From assembly GCA_004124385.1 (NCBI GenBank), contig SCKN01000001.1:246606-278605 (forward strand): a DNA stretch of 32,000 bases. The letters are read 5' to 3'. This stretch comes from Fidelibacterota bacterium (lineage in GTDB: Bacteria > Fidelibacterota > Marinisomatia > Marinisomatales > TCS55). Under the pieces are notes generated by a model. That model had not been told where the DNA came from and ran no database searches. It worked only from the letters and a program-made list of their open reading frames with translations. Shown piece by piece: positions 27,838-32,000 of this stretch. Numbering within the stretch: the stretch's first letter is position 1; every line of letters begins with the position of its first letter. Both the position numbers and the translations under genes were made by a program.

Positions 27838-27898
27838 ATTAAGGGGTGGAAAATAAAACGGTTATTTAAGGGAAACGATATGAGATTTCATAAATAAT

Positions 27899-29179
27899 TC
27901 AATTTTTTGTATATAATAAAATAGGTTGCGTCCATACCATTTCAAAATCACCTTCGGCATACGGATTGGGATGCTTTCGGCTGGAAATAATTTTAGCTCG
28001 TATATATAATTCGTCACCTTTGAATTTATAAATAGCCGGATTGTCCCTTCTTTCATCCATTACCTGACCAATATCTTTACTGTATTTACGGGTTATATGC
28101 ATTAATTGATTTTCATCATCCAAAATTGGAATTGATGATGTATCTGTATTTAGAGCTGTGCCAAAAAATAACGTTGTATACGTAACGTCCGTTTCAGGGC
28201 GAATGAATATCTTTACATGACTTTCAGTTACCTCGATATTCTCCAACAAAACACCTGCACTTGAATAAAAATTACCATTCATCAGAGAATTGGTTAAATC
28301 CTCTGCGTTAAATGATTTTGCATTCACCATAACCCAGCCTCTACCGGCATTTGATTTTCCAACATTAATATTATAATAAGAATGAGCATCATCAGTAGCT
28401 AATCCATAAAATACTCCCATATTATTATGAATACGATTCGTAAGAATTATGTCCCACATTCTTTCAGTGCCAGGATGAGTATCATCTCCCATATTTCTAA
28501 CATCTGGGTGGCCGTTATAGACTTCGAAAAATGGATCTCCCTTTAATTTCATCAAATCTTCTGCAACAATTCCCCAACCAAAGTTTGGATGGTTTACATG
28601 AGCAAACATAGAACGATTTGATTCTTCACGTTGTTTAATGACCGCATCAACATTTCTCTGCAAAACATTATAAATACTTTTGCCACCATGAGGTGGAATA
28701 AATGATTCAATATTGATGGCATTTAAATGGACTGGATAATTTTCAAATTCGTCTGTTATTTCTTCAGCTTGAATCAATAAAAATTCACCAGGTTTTTCGA
28801 ATTTATAGCGCAATTCAGAAAACGTTTTTAATCGCATTTGCAATGTATCATTTTTATAACGCAAGACAGGCCAATCATCCCCGAATTCATGTTTTAATTT
28901 TTCCAGTTTTTTCATCGTAAAGGGCGGCGGCCATGCATCAGTATCTGCACTATCAAGTACATCAATCCACTTTTCACCTTCAGAAATAATATTATGATCA
29001 GAAAGGGCCAAGAATTTGTATCCATTCTGACGATTCCAATTCACCACAGTTTCCGGCGGCGCATCACCATCGCTCCATAAAATATGTGTGTGCAGATTTC
29101 CTTTAAACCAAATGGGTTTATTATCTATTGAATCACATCCAATAAAAATAAGTAATAATACTGTGATTTTAAATTTCAT
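27899..29179 (-). CDS. exported PHP-domain (CehA/McbA-type) metallohydrolase-like protein
   Basis: Lipoprotein-like N-terminus MKFKITVLLLIFIGCDS; PHP motifs FKGNLHTHILWSDGDAPPE, FLALSDHN, MFAHVNHPNFG, YGLATDDAHSY. Confidence 0.75.
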   Translation of the reverse strand: MKFKITVLLLIFIGCDSIDNKPIWFKGNLHTHILWSDGDAPPETVVNWNRQNGYKFLALSDHNIISEGEKWIDVLDSADTDAWPPPFTMKKLEKLKHEFGDDWPVLRYKNDTLQMRLKTFSELRYKFEKPGEFLLIQAEEITDEFENYPVHLNAINIESFIPPHGGKSIYNVLQRNVDAVIKQREESNRSMFAHVNHPNFGWGIVAEDLMKLKGDPFFEVYNGHPDVRNMGDDTHPGTERMWDIILTNRIHNNMGVFYGLATDDAHSYYNINVGKSNAGRGWVMVNAKSFNAEDLTNSLMNGNFYSSAGVLLENIEVTESHVKIFIRPETDVTYTTLFFGTALNTDTSSIPILDDENQLMHITRKYSKDIGQVMDERRDNPAIYKFKGDELYIRAKIISSRKHPNPYAEGDFEMVWTQPILLYTKN

Positions 29180-29225
29180 GATTGTTTATGAATTTGATTT
29201 TCATCTAAATCCAAAATCAATGTCA

Positions 29226-30026
29226 TTATCTAATATAAGGATTGGACCCACTCTGCGCGGGGCATTCTTCCCAATAATAACACCAATTACATAGAATCAT
29301 TGGTTTAGCAGGGAATTCACCTCCTTGCTTTTCTTTCAAACGTATTTCATCAATGCGGTTTTTCATTACTCTTACTAAATGCTGCAATTGCTCCTTCGTT
29401 CTTTTCGATTTCACCACGATTCCATAACGTACAAAATGCCATACCAAAGAAACAGTTTGTACATCCTCCCGTTGTTGCTCAAGTGCTATTTGATACAATG
29501 CTAATTGGTTATCTTGATCAGCCTGCCCCTGACTCATGGCTCTTTTACCGGTTTTATAATCATGAATTTCGTAGTTCCCTTCGCCATCATGATCCAAGCG
29601 ATCTATGATCCCTTTCATGCGATATGAATCATCATTATCTAGCATGAAGTCCAATTCTAATTCAATTCCTTCAACTCGTTCTGAAAAAGGTTGATTATTT
29701 CGATAAAATCTGGCGATACAATCTTCCCCTAATCGATAATAGTCTTCTACCCTTTCTCCTCGTTTTGCAATGGCAATTCTGTCATGCCAATTTTTTTCCC
29801 AATGTTGTTCATAATGCTCTAAAATGCCATCTATGAACGGCAAGCGTCCTGATTGAACTTCAGTATACAGAAATTCCAAAGCTTCATGTACACGTTTTCC
29901 TGTAAAAGCTTCGATTCCTTCGTCCGTTTTACGAATTTTATCAATATAGCGAAATTTGAATTGGGCTGGACATTTTTTATAGGACTCGAGTCCACTATAT
30001 GAAAAACGTTCTAGCACACTCACCAC
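29226..30026 (-). CDS. stand-alone PD-(D/E)XK nuclease superfamily protein (RecB/Cas4/AddB-like) with probable 4-Cys Fe-S motif
   Basis: RFSYSGLESYKKCPAQFKFRYID; FTGKRVHEALEFLY; MKGIIDRLDHDGEGNYEIHDYKTGK (D...DYK nuclease motif); QLALYQIALEQ (QxxxY motif); C-terminal CNWCYYWEEC. Confidence 0.85.
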   Translation of the reverse strand: MVSVLERFSYSGLESYKKCPAQFKFRYIDKIRKTDEGIEAFTGKRVHEALEFLYTEVQSGRLPFIDGILEHYEQHWEKNWHDRIAIAKRGERVEDYYRLGEDCIARFYRNNQPFSERVEGIELELDFMLDNDDSYRMKGIIDRLDHDGEGNYEIHDYKTGKRAMSQGQADQDNQLALYQIALEQQREDVQTVSLVWHFVRYGIVVKSKRTKEQLQHLVRVMKNRIDEIRLKEKQGGEFPAKPMILCNWCYYWEECPAQSGSNPYIR

Positions 30027-31294
30027 GTACGGCCATAAATATAAGGTGTGGTTAAGCGATAATCTCCAAAGCCGTTTTCATCAAAAAAGGTAAAACTGCG
30101 GTTGATACGATAATAATACCAATTTTGTTGAGCATTACGATTGCTATTCATATATTGACGTTCAATATCATCGGGTGGGCCAAATAGTATGTAAATCATG
30201 CCCATATCTGTTCGCCAACCTGGTGTAAATGATGTAAAATGATCAATGGAATAACGAACACGGGAATAATATTGATCCATAAGCTCATTATTACTTGTTT
30301 CCGGCGTAGGGTCCCTGTCTTTCCAATATGTATAAAATAATTCTTCTTTATCCTTTTTCTTTGCCTTGGAAAGTTTGGATCGTTCATCATTGTTTAAAAT
30401 ATACCTCATTTGATCAATTGCTTCGTCTATATCACGTATGTAAGATGAAATTCCAGGCCTTTTTATTTTTAATTCAATTACTTCTTCATCAAAATTTTCC
30501 CCTTGTTCTAATGAAACAAATAATTCAACTCGTAAACCACCCACTTCTGCCACAGGCATATTTAATTGATGAGTAAAATAATTGTCTATATTTGTAAACG
30601 TCGTATCTAATTTCGAAACAGATATTCCGTCCATATCCTTTAATACAAGTTTTAAAGAATAATTTTCACTGAAAACATTTCCAGTTACATAAATAGGAAT
30701 AAATGATTGCTGGAAACTGATTTCATTCTGATAACTAGGCATGAGCCTATTCTCCCCTTGCCACGTACCTGTATAATCGATCATTACTTGAGGAGGAAAT
30801 AATATAAATTCATCTTTATATTTTGATAGGTCAACTTTCTTTTCCCGTAATCCACTGTTGCGCGTATCAATATCCATCACTTCACTCACAATGGTATATT
30901 TACCAGGTTTAACATTGAAATCATACTCAACAAAATACCAATTAGATTTACGTATTGTTTCTAAATAATCCGTAGCCAACAGCGTTTCGCTGATAGATTT
31001 ATTATCGAGTTGGTTACCCTCATCATCCAATAGTCTGATACGTGCTTCAAAACTCGATTTAAAGCCGCCATTATCTTTAACAAACTGCAATGCATAGCTA
31101 GGGATCATAATATATGCATTAAGTTTAATTTTTCCTTTTTCAGATGAAGCTTGTGGAAAAACCATGAGATGGAACTGTTCTATATTGGATACTTTTAGAT
31201 CCTTACGACCTCGCATATTTCTTTGGGCACTCACACATGCAAATGCCAAACATATAATCATTAATATTTTAAAATTCTTCAATCTTTCGTCCAC
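30020..31294 (-). CDS. GWxTD domain-containing protein
   Basis: Signal peptide; FTPGWRTDMGMIYILFGPPDDIERQYM matches the GWxTD signature; preceded by FYTYWKDRDPTPETSNNELMDQYYSRVRYS. Confidence 0.85.
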   Translation of the reverse strand: MDERLKNFKILMIICLAFACVSAQRNMRGRKDLKVSNIEQFHLMVFPQASSEKGKIKLNAYIMIPSYALQFVKDNGGFKSSFEARIRLLDDEGNQLDNKSISETLLATDYLETIRKSNWYFVEYDFNVKPGKYTIVSEVMDIDTRNSGLREKKVDLSKYKDEFILFPPQVMIDYTGTWQGENRLMPSYQNEISFQQSFIPIYVTGNVFSENYSLKLVLKDMDGISVSKLDTTFTNIDNYFTHQLNMPVAEVGGLRVELFVSLEQGENFDEEVIELKIKRPGISSYIRDIDEAIDQMRYILNNDERSKLSKAKKKDKEELFYTYWKDRDPTPETSNNELMDQYYSRVRYSIDHFTSFTPGWRTDMGMIYILFGPPDDIERQYMNSNRNAQQNWYYYRINRSFTFFDENGFGDYRLTTPYIYGRTW

Positions 31295-32000
31295 TTAAAT
31301 TTTATCAAACCATTTGATGTTCCAAGCCATAAATGTTTTTTATCTACTTTCATATCATGAATCTCGCCTATAAAATCATAGTAATAATCACTTATGAATC
31401 TATCTTTTATATCGTAACGAATAAAGCCATCATTAGTTGCCAGGAAAATATATTTCTTAAATCGAGCCAATGCAAATATCTCACGGCCAGCAAAAACAGA
31501 GGCGTCAACCAATTCTGACCATGTTTGAGTGTTATAATCAAAACTCCAAACACCTTGTTTTGAACTGACGATTATTTCGTCTTTAAATTGTTCAAGCACT
31601 TTGAAACCTGAAAGCACATCTTCGATTCCGGCCATATTGCCCAGCGAACCAATTTGTTTAAAGTTTAGCACCCTTTCATTTGACAAATTTACTACAGTCA
31701 AATCGTAATCAGACGCTATCCACAATTGATTATTTACAAGTTCAATATCATGTATATAAACATATTTAAACATTCTTTCAAACCCAAGGGGATTTTCTCT
31801 TTTGTTACGTTGATTGAGTCTTGAAATTCCGGAAGACGAGGCTATCCAAACAAATTCACTATCTGCTTCTAAAGCTGTAATGATTGAGCCGCTAAATCCT
31901 CTGGTTTCATCCAATGTTCTCCAAAAAGCATCTTTTTCATTATGTACTGCTATCATTTCATTTCCGCCATACCAAATTTCTTCGCCAACTCGTACAGCAC
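31279..32000 (-). CDS. beta-propeller (two-component-regulator-propeller-like) protein, 5' end beyond the window
   Basis: The reading frame stays open upstream of the ORF-track Met (codons from 32000 read AVRVGEEIWYGGNEMIAVHNEKDAFW...), so the gene extends off the right edge. Repeats: FVWIASSSGISRLN, QLWIASDYDLTVVNL, IIVSSKQGVWSFD, YIFLATNDGFIRYD, HLWLGTSNGLIKFKW. Confidence 0.8.
   Translation of the reverse strand, partial: AVRVGEEIWYGGNEMIAVHNEKDAFWRTLDETRGFSGSIITALEADSEFVWIASSSGISRLNQRNKRENPLGFERMFKYVYIHDIELVNNQLWIASDYDLTVVNLSNERVLNFKQIGSLGNMAGIEDVLSGFKVLEQFKDEIIVSSKQGVWSFDYNTQTWSELVDASVFAGREIFALARFKKYIFLATNDGFIRYDIKDRFISDYYYDFIGEIHDMKVDKKHLWLGTSNGLIKFKWTKD

Noticed and set aside
29226-30026. 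Cas4 of a CRISPR-Cas system
   Set aside because: No repeat-spacer array or other cas genes in the window; more conservatively described as a RecB-like single-domain nuclease.
27899-30026. Nuclease plus PHP plus RNase H genes as a novel defence island
   Set aside because: Flanked by housekeeping and envelope genes. The PHP protein appears exported, and there are no mobility genes, toxins or sensor domains supporting a defence role.

Overview
This 32 kb window carries about 27 protein-coding genes, and every supported gene is on the minus strand. Lineage is an inference: a T9SS/PorV-bearing, FCB-group-like organism, possibly a Marinimicrobia/SAR406-type marine bacterium. In transcription order (right to left) the contents are: a beta-propeller protein running off the right edge; a GWxTD-domain protein; a stand-alone RecB-like nuclease with a Cas4/AddB-like Cys motif; an exported PHP-domain protein; an RNase H-like protein; a sugar-1-phosphate nucleotidyltransferase; the rod-shape cluster mreB-mreC-mreD-mrdA-rodA; a CpoB-like TPR protein; an N-terminal-domain-only GT5 protein next to a DUF4270-like lipoprotein; an outer-membrane barrel; a TPR lipoprotein; glyA; a TRAP transporter of the TPAT type (tatT, dctP, fused dctQM); a PorV-family protein; an M6-like T9SS cargo whose zinc motif is lost; a gluzincin + TolB-like propeller + Omp85-like barrel fusion; a DUF5683-like protein; bamD; nadD; and a Ca/Na exchanger running off the left edge. 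I found no rRNA or tRNA, CRISPR array, mobile element or convincing defence island. Best candidates for follow-up are the pseudo-M6 T9SS cargo beside a PorV with two EF-hand-like loops, the protease-propeller-barrel fusion, the TPAT system whose P component seems to lack the canonical ligand-binding Arg, and the degenerate GT5 domain protein.
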